DNA of 64,000 bases from an uncultured Nitrososphaerales archaeon (GTDB lineage: Archaea > Thermoproteota > Nitrososphaeria > Nitrososphaerales > Nitrososphaeraceae). The position numbers were made by a program, and so were the translations under genes. The stretch is from assembly GCA_963709405.1 (NCBI GenBank), contig CAVPXM010000038.1, forward strand, positions 96,867 through 160,866. Direction: 5' to 3'. The notes under the pieces were generated by a model. It did no database searches and was not told where the DNA came from. It saw only the letters and a list, made by a program, of their open reading frames with translations. Within the stretch, counting starts at the first letter, position 1. Each line of letters opens with the position of its first letter. Positions 24,748-34,977 of the stretch are shown in pieces.

Positions 24748-25053
24748 GTGAAAAGAAAATTCGCAAAAGAAATTGGAAAGGAAAGGATAAATATTGTGGT
24801 AGCTAGTGCTCTGCATTATTCTAAATTCAATGAAGATGTGGCAAACGCTCAGGCTCAACTTGCTAAAAAAATTACTATGCGAGTTCGATTAAAACTTCAT
24901 TATGAAATTCGACAGTTATTTTGTAAAAAATGTAAAAATTTTATTATTCCTGGGAGAAGCTCCAGAGTTAGAGTCGGCAGATTTAGAGTGAAAGGCATAC
25001 GAATTACTTGTTTAAGGTGTGGTCATGTTTATAGAAAGATCATCAAATCATGA
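24748..25053 (+). CDS. rnp4: RNase P protein component 4 (Rpp21)
   Basis: ERI, FCKKC..IIPG..RVR, ITCLRCGH; upstream of S19e. Confidence 0.9.
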   Translation: MKRKFAKEIGKERINIVVASALHYSKFNEDVANAQAQLAKKITMRVRLKLHYEIRQLFCKKCKNFIIPGRSSRVRVGRFRVKGIRITCLRCGHVYRKIIKS

Positions 25054-25080
25054 ATTCTCGCTCGTTTCTATTTGACAAAA

Positions 25081-25095
25081 AAAAGGGTTTATAAG
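25081..25095 (+). promoter_or_regulatory. BRE/TATA box of rps19e
   Basis: Purine-rich AAAAGGG then TTTATAAG, about 30 bp upstream of ATG 25126. Confidence 0.55.
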
Positions 25096-25125
25096 GGAAA
25101 CGCAGGGTGATTAATTAGTAATATT

Positions 25126-25578
25126 ATGGCTAAAGCCTACGATATACCAGCAAATCATTTAATTATACGATTAGCCGAACAGTTAAAGAAAGATAAGAAA
25201 ATAGAGCAGCCTAGCTGGGCTGCATTTGTAAAGACAGGATCGCATGCAGAAAAGATTCCGCAGAATAAAGACTGGTGGTATATTAGATGTGCATCTTTAG
25301 TCAGGAAAGTTTACATGCGTGGACCAGTTGGAGTTTCTGACTTGAAGAGTGCCTATGGTGGCAGGAAACGCATCGGCTATTATTTAGATCATCACAGGGA
25401 TTCTGGAGGAGCAATTATTCGTAGGGCTTTACAACAATTGGAAATGTCTGGTTATATAACTAAAAAAAGTGGCGGCAGGATAATCTCTAATGAAGGCATG
25501 AAAAAAGTTGACAGATTGGCAACTGAGATTTATAAGGATTTTGCGAGTAGTCGTCCCGGATTGCAAAGATATGCCTGA
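25126..25578 (+). CDS. rps19e: 30S ribosomal protein S19e
   Basis: VKTG, DWWYIRCAS, YGG, IIRRALQQLE. Confidence 0.96.
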   Translation: MAKAYDIPANHLIIRLAEQLKKDKKIEQPSWAAFVKTGSHAEKIPQNKDWWYIRCASLVRKVYMRGPVGVSDLKSAYGGRKRIGYYLDHHRDSGGAIIRRALQQLEMSGYITKKSGGRIISNEGMKKVDRLATEIYKDFASSRPGLQRYA

Positions 25579-25605
25579 TAGAAAATATTAGGAAGGTGTC
25601 ATTCT

Positions 25606-25896
25606 GTGTCTGTACCTCAACCTCAGCAGCCAAGTGATGAAGACTCAAAGAGGCGTGAAGCTGAAGCCGCAGCTATGCGGCAACGCGTTCTAATGGTTCT
25701 TTTGGATCCCTATGCAAGACAGCGATTAGCAAATATAAGAATGGTCAAACCGGAACTAGCCATAACAGTAGAAAATTATCTAATTAATGCCGCTTCATCA
25801 GGCAGGTTGAATAGACCGCTAAATGATAATGAGCTGAAGCAAATTTTACTTAGTCTACAGCAACCTAGGAAAGACTTCCGAATAGATAGACGTTAG
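25606..25896 (+). CDS. PDCD5-family DNA-binding protein
   Basis: ARQRLANIRMVKPELA..VE; usual position after S19e. Confidence 0.9.
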   Translation: MSVPQPQQPSDEDSKRREAEAAAMRQRVLMVLLDPYARQRLANIRMVKPELAITVENYLINAASSGRLNRPLNDNELKQILLSLQQPRKDFRIDRR

Positions 25897-26002
25897 TAAG
25901 GTTAACCAAGTCACAGTTTTCCATCATCGGAAGTACACTCAACCAAAAAAGTCGCTTTTGGGTGAGTTAACTATATTAAGTATAAACTGTGCTTCAAAGT
26001 GC

Positions 26003-27052
26003 ATGAAGGCAGCCGTATTCAGGGAATATAATAAAGATCCAACGAAAGTTGTTAAGATAGAAGATATTGATATGCCGAAATTGAAGCCTAATGAAATCAT
26101 GATTAAGGTAGAGGCAGCAGCATACAATTACAACGATCTATGGGCTATTTGGGGCGATCCGATCAAAACACCGCTCCCACATATTTCTGGAAGTGATGCA
26201 TCAGGCACAGCGGTTGAAGTTGGGGAAGACGTGTTGCGTATAAAGGTTGGAGATAGAGTAGTATCACATTCCAACATGAGTTGCAGAGTATGTGACATGT
26301 GTACTTCCGGCAGAGAATATGACTGTGCAGACAGGACGATCTGGGGTTTTCAAACGGGTCCACTATGGGGAGGCTTCACTCAGTATACACACTTACCAGA
26401 GGTAAATGTATTAAAAATCCCAGATAATGTTTCCTTTGAATCAGCTGCGGCGGTTTCCATGGTAGGAATGACTTCATGGCATATGTTAGTTGGGAGGGCA
26501 AAAATAAGACCTGGTCAGGTCGTTTTGATAATGGGAGGCACCAGCGGCGTAGGGATGGCAGGTATTCAGATTGCAAAGCTATTTAATTGCAGAGTCATTG
26601 CTACTGCGGGTAGCAAAGAAAAGATGGATAAATGCTTAGAAATTGGGGCAGATCACGTAGTGAATCATAGAGAGCAGGATTGGTACAAGAAGGTGAGGGA
26701 GATTACAAAAAAACAAGGAGTAGATGTAGTCTTCGAACATATTGGTAAAACAACATTCCCTAACGCGGTAGGGCTTCTTAAAATGGGAGGCACTCTTGTA
26801 GCAACCGGTGCAACCACTGGTTATGATTCAACAATTGATTTAAGATATCTTTTCTTCAAGGGCACGAATCTCCTAGGATCGACCCAAGGAACAAAAGCTG
26901 AATTAGAGCAAGTCATTTATTGGACAAGCCAAGAGAAGATAAAACCAGTGATTGGCACAGTCTTACCTTTTGGAGATATGGTTAAAGGGCACGAAATGAT
27001 GGCTAAAGCTGAACATATAGGAAAGATAGTTACTACCCCACAAAAACTATAA
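26003..27052 (+). CDS. Medium-chain dehydrogenase/reductase (quinone/enoyl-reductase-like)
   Basis: MKAAV start, structural zinc CRVCDMC.....C, GGTSGVG Rossmann; NYND and GSD replace catalytic-Zn C and GHE. Confidence 0.85.
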   Translation: MKAAVFREYNKDPTKVVKIEDIDMPKLKPNEIMIKVEAAAYNYNDLWAIWGDPIKTPLPHISGSDASGTAVEVGEDVLRIKVGDRVVSHSNMSCRVCDMCTSGREYDCADRTIWGFQTGPLWGGFTQYTHLPEVNVLKIPDNVSFESAAAVSMVGMTSWHMLVGRAKIRPGQVVLIMGGTSGVGMAGIQIAKLFNCRVIATAGSKEKMDKCLEIGADHVVNHREQDWYKKVREITKKQGVDVVFEHIGKTTFPNAVGLLKMGGTLVATGATTGYDSTIDLRYLFFKGTNLLGSTQGTKAELEQVIYWTSQEKIKPVIGTVLPFGDMVKGHEMMAKAEHIGKIVTTPQKL

Positions 27053-27067
27053 TCTATATTTGTCCCA

Positions 27068-27940
27068 ATGAATCGAACGCTAATTTTTGTTCCCGGTAAC
27101 AATAAACGATTTATTAATAGCGCCAAACGATTAAACGCAGATATAGTGTGTCTTGATTTGGAGGATTCAGTTCCCTTTCATGAAAAATCTTCTGCAAGGA
27201 AAATGATAGGAGAAGCGATTAGCCAACGTGAAGACTTCAAAAACACGTCCAATTTATATGTGAGAACGAACTCATTTGAGTCTGGACATATATTTGCAGA
27301 CCTCACAGCAGCAATCCAGAAAGGAATTACCGGTGTCGTAATACCAAAGGTTAACGATGATAGAGAAATCTGCGAAATATCATCGTTTATCTCTAGACTC
27401 GAAGTAGAGAGGAAAATCGAACAGAATGGTATAAAACTGATACCGTCTATAGAGACAGCTAAGGGAGTGGTTAATGCCTACTCAATAGCAAAGTCAGATT
27501 TTAGAGTAAATCAATTGGTTTTTGGCGTTTTCGACTTCCTTTATGATATGCACCTTGACTATGCAGAAGATAGTGGTATTGAATATTCATATGCACGTGC
27601 AAAAATCCCAGTGGATGCAAGAGCAGCTGGGGTTGGTGCGATCGATGCTATTTGGCAGAAGGTAGATGATATAGATGGTCTGGTAAATGATGCCATTCTT
27701 GCGAAGAGGTTAGGTTATGGAGGAAAGTGCATCATCCATCCTAATCAGATACAGCCAGTCCACAAAATATTTGTTCCTAGCAAGAACGAGATTGAATGGG
27801 CCAAGAAAGTAATCGAGTCCCTTGGGCCATCCATGGAAAACAAGAGTAAAACTGGTGCAGTGAAGACCGAAGGGAAGATGATTGATGCAGTACATTACAA
27901 ACATGCAAAGACAATTTTAAATAATGTTCAAGAAGAATAG
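27068..27940 (+). CDS. CitE/HpcH-family acyl-CoA lyase
   Basis: FVPGN, LDLEDSV, IET, GK.IIHPNQI, GKMID. Confidence 0.88.
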   Translation: MNRTLIFVPGNNKRFINSAKRLNADIVCLDLEDSVPFHEKSSARKMIGEAISQREDFKNTSNLYVRTNSFESGHIFADLTAAIQKGITGVVIPKVNDDREICEISSFISRLEVERKIEQNGIKLIPSIETAKGVVNAYSIAKSDFRVNQLVFGVFDFLYDMHLDYAEDSGIEYSYARAKIPVDARAAGVGAIDAIWQKVDDIDGLVNDAILAKRLGYGGKCIIHPNQIQPVHKIFVPSKNEIEWAKKVIESLGPSMENKSKTGAVKTEGKMIDAVHYKHAKTILNNVQEE

Positions 27941-28060
27941 CAGCTATAATGCATTTTGAAGTTTTGTGATTTTTTACTATTTCCGTTTTTGGGACTCTAG
28001 ATTAAATATGAAGTGATGTCTATCTATTGTATACAAATCACATAACTGGGATATGAGAAT

Positions 28061-28669
28061 ATGTTTACTGGTATAATAGAAGGTACTGCTAGGATCAAGT
28101 CGATCACGAACCTTGAAAAAGGAATTCGAGCAGGTTTGAAGTTGACAATTGAGTTAGGCAAGTTAGGAAAAGGGATAAAGATTGGCAATAGTGTAAGCAT
28201 TAATGGTGCTTGCTTGACAGTCACGAGGACTTATGAAAAACAGTATGCCGACTTTGAAATTGTAGGCGAAACTATAAGACGAACCGCCCTTGGGTCATTA
28301 GGAATCGGTGATAAGGTGAACATAGAGAGAAGTTTACGATTGGGCGATAGGATAGAAGGTCATCTAGTTCTGGGCCATATTGACAGCACAGCTAGCATTG
28401 AAGACATCACGATTGAATTAGATGGGATAAAATTATGGATAAGGTTAAAGAATAAAAAGTTATTGCGTTATGTTGTACCGAAGGGATCTATAGCAGTAGA
28501 TGGAGTAAGCCTAACAGTAGTTGACGTAAATCATGATAAATTCTCGGTGGCTTTAATACCTCACACTGCGGCTGTTACCACTCTGGGTGAGAGGTCCAAG
28601 GGCGACTTAGTCAACATCGAAATCGACATTGTAAGTAGGTACGTCAATCTTCTTCAACCAACAAAGTAG
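28061..28669 (+). CDS. ribC: Riboflavin synthase, bacterial-type (alpha)
   Basis: MFTGII, NGACLTV, VNIERS, GHLVLGHID, KGSIAVDGVSLTV. Confidence 0.95.
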   Translation: MFTGIIEGTARIKSITNLEKGIRAGLKLTIELGKLGKGIKIGNSVSINGACLTVTRTYEKQYADFEIVGETIRRTALGSLGIGDKVNIERSLRLGDRIEGHLVLGHIDSTASIEDITIELDGIKLWIRLKNKKLLRYVVPKGSIAVDGVSLTVVDVNHDKFSVALIPHTAAVTTLGERSKGDLVNIEIDIVSRYVNLLQPTK

Positions 28670-28715
28670 TAATAACTCCTTTTTTAGTAAACTATATAAA
28701 ATCGTAAGCATCTCA

Positions 28716-29420
28716 TTGAGATGTTTGCATTCAATAGAAGAAGCAATCGTAGCATTAAAGTGCGGCCAATTCATCCTTGTTCATGACGATAAAGGACGAG
28801 AGAATGAAGTTGATATGGTGATTGCTGCGGAATACATTAAGCCAGAACATATCGCAACGATGAGAATGGCCGCTGGTGGATTAATCTGCCTGGCTATTTC
28901 GAATACGTACGCAATCAAATTGGGGGTGGCATATATGTATAGTATAATGGATGTTATGGCAAAAATCAATCCATTATATTCTAAATTGGCATCAGGCATA
29001 TCGCCGTATGGAGATAGGCCATCGTTTTCAATTACTATCAATCATCGAGACACGTTCACAGGCATTACCGACACTGACAGAGCACTCACCATTTCTAAAA
29101 TGGCTGCGGTTTGTGATAATATTGATTCCACAGGAGTAGAGGATTTTGCTACATGCTTTCGTTCACCAGGTCATGTACCAATTTTGATAGCGTCAAGAGG
29201 TTTGCTAGGCGAAAGGATTGGACACACAGAACTCTGTATATACCTTACCCAATTGGCAGGTCTGGTACACACCGTGACTATTTGTGAAATGCTTGATTCG
29301 GAAACCTACAGATCCTTATCCATCAGTAAAGCAGAGAAATATGCAGAAAAAAATAATCTATGCCTTCTCAATGCAGATCAATTAAAGAATTACAATAAGG
29401 TACCGAGAGTTGAAAGTTAA
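28716..29420 (+). CDS. ribB: 3,4-dihydroxy-2-butanone-4-phosphate synthase
   Basis: DDKGRENEVD, TGITDTDR, FRSPGH, GHTE, CEM. Confidence 0.93.
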   Translation: MRCLHSIEEAIVALKCGQFILVHDDKGRENEVDMVIAAEYIKPEHIATMRMAAGGLICLAISNTYAIKLGVAYMYSIMDVMAKINPLYSKLASGISPYGDRPSFSITINHRDTFTGITDTDRALTISKMAAVCDNIDSTGVEDFATCFRSPGHVPILIASRGLLGERIGHTELCIYLTQLAGLVHTVTICEMLDSETYRSLSISKAEKYAEKNNLCLLNADQLKNYNKVPRVES

Positions 29421-29876
29421 GTTAGGCATAGTGGTTTCCGAATTTAACAACGAAATCACGTATAAGATGCTGGCCAGAGCAAAACAACACATTAAGAAAG
29501 CAGATGGTACGTTACGATACATTTGCTATGTCCCGGGCTCATTTGACATGCCACTTATGATTGGGGAACTATTAAAAAAAAAGATGTCGATGCGGTAGTA
29601 ACACTAGGAGCAGTAATCAAAGGAGAGACAGGTCACGATGAAATTGTGGCCGATAATGCCGCGAGACTAATTGCGGATTTATCTTTACGATACTGTAAGC
29701 CAGTTTCTCTTGGAATTACAGGTCCAAGTATGACGATCGAGCAGGCAGTGGAAAGAGCAGAAATTATTCCCAGGCGAGCAGTAGATGCTGCTATAAAAAT
29801 GGTATTCAGAATGAGGGAAATAAGAGATAAGAAATGGAAATCAAACACTCGGAATACGGTGAATATAATAAATTGA
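29410..29876 (+). CDS. ribH: 6,7-dimethyl-8-ribityllumazine synthase; frameshift in A-run near 29574-29582
   Basis: [15 protein letters not shown], then [17 protein letters not shown] and [10 protein letters not shown] in the next frame. Confidence 0.92.
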
Positions 29877-30649
29877 CTGTACAACTCAGCGTCATCCGCA
29901 TTGATGGATATGGTTTATGGACAACCACACTAGGTACTGATAGAGAATCTCATCTACAAATGCTCCAAGCAAAGATATATTACGATATTCAACGATTATT
30001 TTCACAAAGAGATTGCATTGCATATAGTAATAGATTCGATGAATTTTTTGCCGTGACGAACTGCCTTTCAATTCAAGATCATATGCTAATCGAACTAGAA
30101 CTTGCAAATACTTATCCCAATTTAAAGATGTCAATGGCCATTGGGAATGGCGATACACCGTACAAGGCAAACTTAAATGCGTATGAAGCTAGAAGAAGTG
30201 GCAAGTTACTAGTTTACGGGCACAGGATTTTTGGTGGAAATTTGAATATACCATCAGACTCAACCGCAAAGGATAACTATGTGAAGATAATGCACATCGA
30301 TATCGATGGATCCTCTACAATCAGCAACCAGCTATCACCATATGAAATCACTTCACTTGTAATCAAGATATACTCAAGATTATCTGACGAATTTCTTAAA
30401 ATTGACTCGTTGACATTTTTTCTTGGTGGAGATAATTTTATGGTAATATCTAATGGCGTGACAGATAATGAAACACAGCGAATCATTAATGACATTAGCA
30501 TGGATCTAAAAATCAAGTTAAATTGTGGAATAGGCATTGCTAGAACAGGCAAAGGAGCTGCTGAAGCTTCTACTAGAGCATTGGACACCATCCGGGATAT
30601 GCGAAAAAGAGGAAAGGTTCAGCCAATCTACGAGATACAATGTCTCTAG
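29834..30649 (+). CDS. gch3: GTP cyclohydrolase III (IIa)
   Basis: [31 protein letters not shown]; in rib operon. Confidence 0.88.
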   Translation: MEIKHSEYGEYNKLTVQLSVIRIDGYGLWTTTLGTDRESHLQMLQAKIYYDIQRLFSQRDCIAYSNRFDEFFAVTNCLSIQDHMLIELELANTYPNLKMSMAIGNGDTPYKANLNAYEARRSGKLLVYGHRIFGGNLNIPSDSTAKDNYVKIMHIDIDGSSTISNQLSPYEITSLVIKIYSRLSDEFLKIDSLTFFLGGDNFMVISNGVTDNETQRIINDISMDLKIKLNCGIGIARTGKGAAEASTRALDTIRDMRKRGKVQPIYEIQCL

Positions 30650-31926
30650 TTATAAAAAATGCAAGCTTATTACTTGGAAAAAACCTGAAGTATGTGGATA
30701 CTGGATTTGTCGAGGTAACTAGAGATGGAATAATTAAGAGAGCTGATACTGCAAGATATAAGAGGGAAGATAGTCACAAAGTCTCAAACATAATAGACGC
30801 TGAGGGTTTCTTGGTAATACCGGGATTCATTAACGCCCACACACACATAGGAGATTCTATCGGAAAGGACATAGCAATCGACTGTGGTCTAAACGCGGTT
30901 CATCCGATAAGAGGAATAAAGAAGAAAATACTCGAAAAGAGCAATCCAGGACACTTGAGAGTTTTGATGAGGGCTTCCGCAATATCTATGATGAGGAATG
31001 GCATAACAACCTTTGTAGATTTCAGAGAAGGAGGTGTCGAGGGGGTGACCCTATTAAAGAATGCAATTATTGATCTCCCGATCAAATGTTTAATACTTGG
31101 AAGGATAGAGTACTATTTTGATATAAAGAGTATTTCAGAACATGGCAATAAAAATCTCCCGAGAATAAAAAAAAGCAAACTTCCAGATAGTGAGTTAGAA
31201 CGTGCTTCAAATCTTTTAAGGGTTAGCCAGGGATTTGGAATAAGCGGTGCAAATGAAAATACTGACTGGTCCCTAAGACAATATAATGAATTAGTAAATA
31301 AGCACTCGAGATCTAATGGCCTCAGAAATAAGACCAATACTTCGTTATTAGGGATTCACGCTGCGGAATCTAAAAGCACAGCAGAATTCTCTATACTTAG
31401 AACTGGTAAAACCGAAGTTTATAGGATAATTAAATACTTGAAACCTAATTTTGTAGTTCATATGACACAAGCAACTGATGAAGATATTTTTTTGGTGGCT
31501 AAAAATGACGTAGGGATTATAGTCTGTCCTCGTGCTAATGGTGTTCTAGGCTGCGGCATACCACGGATTTCCCAGATGATAAAAAATGGATGTAAAGTCG
31601 CGATCGGCACTGACAATATAATGATAAACAGTCCTGATATCTTTCGTGAGATGGATTATGTTTGGAAGACCTCAAGGTCATACGGAATAAATCTAAGTGC
31701 AAAGAATGTATTAAAAATGGCTACCGTTAATGGGTCTGAACTACTCAACCTCAATTCTGGATACATCAAAGCCGGTAGATCTGCAGATCTCATATTTCTC
31801 GATAAGACGAACATCGATCTATATCCAATACATGATCCGTATGCTTCAATAGTTCACAGAGCAAACCAGAATTCAATTAAGGGCGTCATGGTCTCTGGCC
31901 GCTTCGTTGACGGATCAGATCTATAA
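30640..31926 (+). CDS. Metal-dependent amidohydrolase (deaminase-like)
   Basis: PGFINAHTHIGD, HAAE, VH, CPRAN, GTDN, G..ADL; overlaps gch3 and abuts arfC. Confidence 0.85.
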   Translation: MSLVIKNASLLLGKNLKYVDTGFVEVTRDGIIKRADTARYKREDSHKVSNIIDAEGFLVIPGFINAHTHIGDSIGKDIAIDCGLNAVHPIRGIKKKILEKSNPGHLRVLMRASAISMMRNGITTFVDFREGGVEGVTLLKNAIIDLPIKCLILGRIEYYFDIKSISEHGNKNLPRIKKSKLPDSELERASNLLRVSQGFGISGANENTDWSLRQYNELVNKHSRSNGLRNKTNTSLLGIHAAESKSTAEFSILRTGKTEVYRIIKYLKPNFVVHMTQATDEDIFLVAKNDVGIIVCPRANGVLGCGIPRISQMIKNGCKVAIGTDNIMINSPDIFREMDYVWKTSRSYGINLSAKNVLKMATVNGSELLNLNSGYIKAGRSADLIFLDKTNIDLYPIHDPYASIVHRANQNSIKGVMVSGRFVDGSDL

Positions 31927-31928
31927 TC

Positions 31929-32576
31929 ATGTACGTGATAATCAATTCAGCCATGACTGTGGATGGAAAAATTGCAACAATAAGAGGAAACTCTACAGTT
32001 TCTTCCATGGATGACCTACGAAGGGTTCACTCAATAAGGTCATCAGTAGACGGTATCGTGGTGGGCATATCAACTGTACTAATGGATAATCCTAGACTTA
32101 CTGCGAGATTAGCGAAGATATGTAGGAAAGAGCCCGCAAGAGTGATAATAGACAGTACAGCGAGAATTCCACTGGATTCTAGGATATTGAAAACTGCTGA
32201 TAGAATCAAGACCATAATCGCGGTAACTACAAGGGCTAATACTAGTAGGATCAAGAAGATACAAAATACTGGCGCAATGGTAATAACTGCCGGAACAGAA
32301 TACGTTAATTTGAAAATGGTTTTTGCACTGTTAAAAAAGCTGGGATTCAAAAAAATTCTTGTTGAAGGTGGCGGCGAAATTAATTGGTCTATTCTCAAAT
32401 TAGGAATCGCTAATGAGTTAATCGTAACGATAGCACCGAGAATTGTAGGAGGAAGGTCAGCCATCACCATAGTTGAAGGGGACGGATATTCGAAAATGTC
32501 TGAAGGAATAAGATTGAAGTTGAAAAGGATCGTCAAACAAGATAGTGGTGAAATGGTCCTATACTACAAGATATAA
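31929..32576 (+). CDS. arfC: 2,5-diamino-6-ribosylamino-4(3H)-pyrimidinone 5'-phosphate reductase
   Basis: AMTVDGKIA, VGISTVLMDNPRL, LVEGGG; stand-alone RibD C-terminal domain. Confidence 0.9.
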   Translation: MYVIINSAMTVDGKIATIRGNSTVSSMDDLRRVHSIRSSVDGIVVGISTVLMDNPRLTARLAKICRKEPARVIIDSTARIPLDSRILKTADRIKTIIAVTTRANTSRIKKIQNTGAMVITAGTEYVNLKMVFALLKKLGFKKILVEGGGEINWSILKLGIANELIVTIAPRIVGGRSAITIVEGDGYSKMSEGIRLKLKRIVKQDSGEMVLYYKI

Positions 32577-32711
32577 AATTTATTTCAAGAGTTATTATTA
32601 TTGCTTAACTTAGATTAATGACGTACTACAATTTAGCGGGTTTGGGAATAGATTAACCTACATATAATCTGGCGCATTGAATAGTTACGAGCGCGTGATT
32701 CAATACATACT

Positions 32712-33230
32712 CTATCTCCTTGATGAGACATCGTTCGATATTTGTTGAATCTTGTATCGTAGAGCTTCCTTGATTTTGCTATTGTCTATCATGTTCAATG
32801 GCTCTTTACAGTTGTTACATTTGAAGAAAACTTCAATTGCAGAATCGAATTTAACATGAGGACAATTTTTGTTACCACAATGGTAGAATTCTGAAGATTC
32901 TTCATATTCGAGACGTTTTTGCAATCTCTCCAGAATTTTCTTCTTTTGGTTATCAATAAAATTGTCGACTTGATCTCTTTTCGCACGCCATCTGTATACG
33001 AACCAACCTTTCTTTTCATCCTTTACTCGTATACCAGTAATTAGTGCCTTTCCGAACATATCATACAAGACTTTTCGTATTACATTAATTCTAAGACCTG
33101 TAGCACCTGCGATTTCTTCATCAGTCGCATCTTCCGTATTCAAAAGTGAACGGGCAACTTTTAAGTATTCCTCCCCTCCGATTAAGTTAGCAATTTTAAC
33201 AAAGGAATCATCTTGTTCGATAAAGCGCAT
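32712..33230 (-). CDS. tfe: Transcription factor E alpha
   Basis: TDEEIA wHTH, GWFVYRW, zinc ribbon C..C/CNNC, DN. Confidence 0.92.
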   Translation of the reverse strand: MRFIEQDDSFVKIANLIGGEEYLKVARSLLNTEDATDEEIAGATGLRINVIRKVLYDMFGKALITGIRVKDEKKGWFVYRWRAKRDQVDNFIDNQKKKILERLQKRLEYEESSEFYHCGNKNCPHVKFDSAIEVFFKCNNCKEPLNMIDNSKIKEALRYKIQQISNDVSSRR

Positions 33231-33576
33231 CTAACAACTTAATTCTTTTTTTTAGATATATATTTACCTAAAGCAACATTAAATCCTGGTCGTATCTTAT
33301 CTCTGATAAGTCCATTCATAATTGGCCAATCAATCCGACATGAGGTTGGCAAAGGGTTATTTGATCATATATAGTCAAGTCCCTTTGAAACAATGTGCAT
33401 CTCAATTTTATTATGTTCCTGGAAGATAGATTGTAATTGCCAGATCGATGAATACATGTTAATTTTCTTAAAATTGAAGATAAGAAAGATAACTTGGAGA
33501 TAAATATTTAACGTTCATTTTGAAGCTTTAATGAAAATGCAGTTTCAAGTGAAAACCATATTTCCTAGAAAGAATT

Positions 33577-34977
33577 TTAACTGGTATTATCGGCTCGCCG
33601 GTATTGAGATCTACCATTCCGACTGCTGCCACTACCATATCCTCGGTTCCCATAAGATCTGCTGCTATTGTTACTACCATACCCGCGACGGTATTGAGGT
33701 CTACCATATCGACTGCTGCCACTACCATATCCTCGGTTCCCATAAGATCTGCTGCTGCTGTTGTTACTACCATACCCGCGTCGGTATTGAGGTCTATGAT
33801 AAGGGCTTTGTTGAGTAACTGGAATCTTGACACCCATTTCATCGTTAAGTTTTCGAATAGGAAGTTCAGTCTGGTTCAAAATTCTAGAGAAGTCATCAAC
33901 TCTGTCATGAGAGACTAGAGATATAGCTTTACCAGTACCCCCTGCCCTAGCAGTTCTTCCGATTCTATGGAAATATAGTAAGGGATCCCCTGGTACATCA
34001 TAATTTATTACATGGCCTACTGATGGGACATCGATGCCCCTTGCCGCGATGTCAGTGGCAACAAGGATATCATCAGTGCCTTTCTTGAATCGATACATTG
34101 CATTGTCTCTTTGTTTTTGTGAAAGATCTCCATGGATCGTTACTACGTTAAACCCATTGTGCTTTAATTCTCCAGCAAGTCTATCAGTTCTTTGTTTAGT
34201 CGCAGCAAATACGATAGTCTGCTTCTTATCGCTATTCCTAATGAAATCGCACAAATGTTTGAATTTTTCTTTCTCATCCACAACGAGATACGATTGATCT
34301 ATCGTTTCCAAACTTAGCTCCTCTTCGTTAAGCCTTATCTCATGCACATCTTTCATATATTCTTGAGATAGGCGCAAAATTTCTCGCGGCATGGTCGCGG
34401 AGAACAAACATGTTTGCCTATCCTCGTTAACATAAAACAGTATGAATCGAATGTCATCAATAAATCCCATATCTAGCATTCTATCCGCTTCATCCAGAAT
34501 GACAAACTTTACGTGGTCCAAATGAATCGACCCTCTCTTAACATGGTCTATCAACCTTCCAGGGGTTGCCACTACTATTTGTACTCCTTTTCTTAATTGA
34601 TCGTGTTGTATGCCAATGCTCTGACCACCATAGATTGATACTGTTCTGATATGAATATATTTTGCAAACTTATTGATCTCGCTTGTTACCTGCATTGCCA
34701 ATTCCCTGGTTGGAACCAATATCAAAACTTGAATAGGTCCATTGGGTCTTAACTTTGTCAATAATGGTAACGAAAAAGCAGCTGTCTTACCAGTTCCCGT
34801 ATGTGCCTGCCCGATAACATCCATACCTTTCAAAATATAAGGTATAGCTGCTTCTTGAATCGGAAAGGGCATTTTGAATCGATTTTCTTCAAGTGCTTTT
34901 AATATTTCAGCACTTAATCCTAATTCTTTGAATGTTCGTGTCAACTTTTTTCTCACTTTTAATATTACAAAAGTCAC
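33577..34977 (-). CDS. DEAD-box RNA helicase
   Basis: Q motif, TGTGKT, PTRELA, TPGR, DEAD, SAT, ARGID, HRIGRTAR; RGY/S-rich tail. Confidence 0.95.
   Translation of the reverse strand: MTFVILKVRKKLTRTFKELGLSAEILKALEENRFKMPFPIQEAAIPYILKGMDVIGQAHTGTGKTAAFSLPLLTKLRPNGPIQVLILVPTRELAMQVTSEINKFAKYIHIRTVSIYGGQSIGIQHDQLRKGVQIVVATPGRLIDHVKRGSIHLDHVKFVILDEADRMLDMGFIDDIRFILFYVNEDRQTCLFSATMPREILRLSQEYMKDVHEIRLNEEELSLETIDQSYLVVDEKEKFKHLCDFIRNSDKKQTIVFAATKQRTDRLAGELKHNGFNVVTIHGDLSQKQRDNAMYRFKKGTDDILVATDIAARGIDVPSVGHVINYDVPGDPLLYFHRIGRTARAGGTGKAISLVSHDRVDDFSRILNQTELPIRKLNDEMGVKIPVTQQSPYHRPQYRRGYGSNNSSSRSYGNRGYGSGSSRYGRPQYRRGYGSNNSSRSYGNRGYGSGSSRNGRSQYRRADNTS
33599..33795. repeat. 90/93-bp tandem duplication in the helicase C-terminal tail
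   Basis: CGGTATTGAG recurs at 33599, 33689 and 33782 with near-identical intervening sequence. Confidence 0.9.

Noticed and set aside
33528-33918. Cys/His-rich and other repeat ORFs; CRISPR-like periodicity
   Set aside because: Shadows of the helicase tail duplication; no unique spacers and no cas genes
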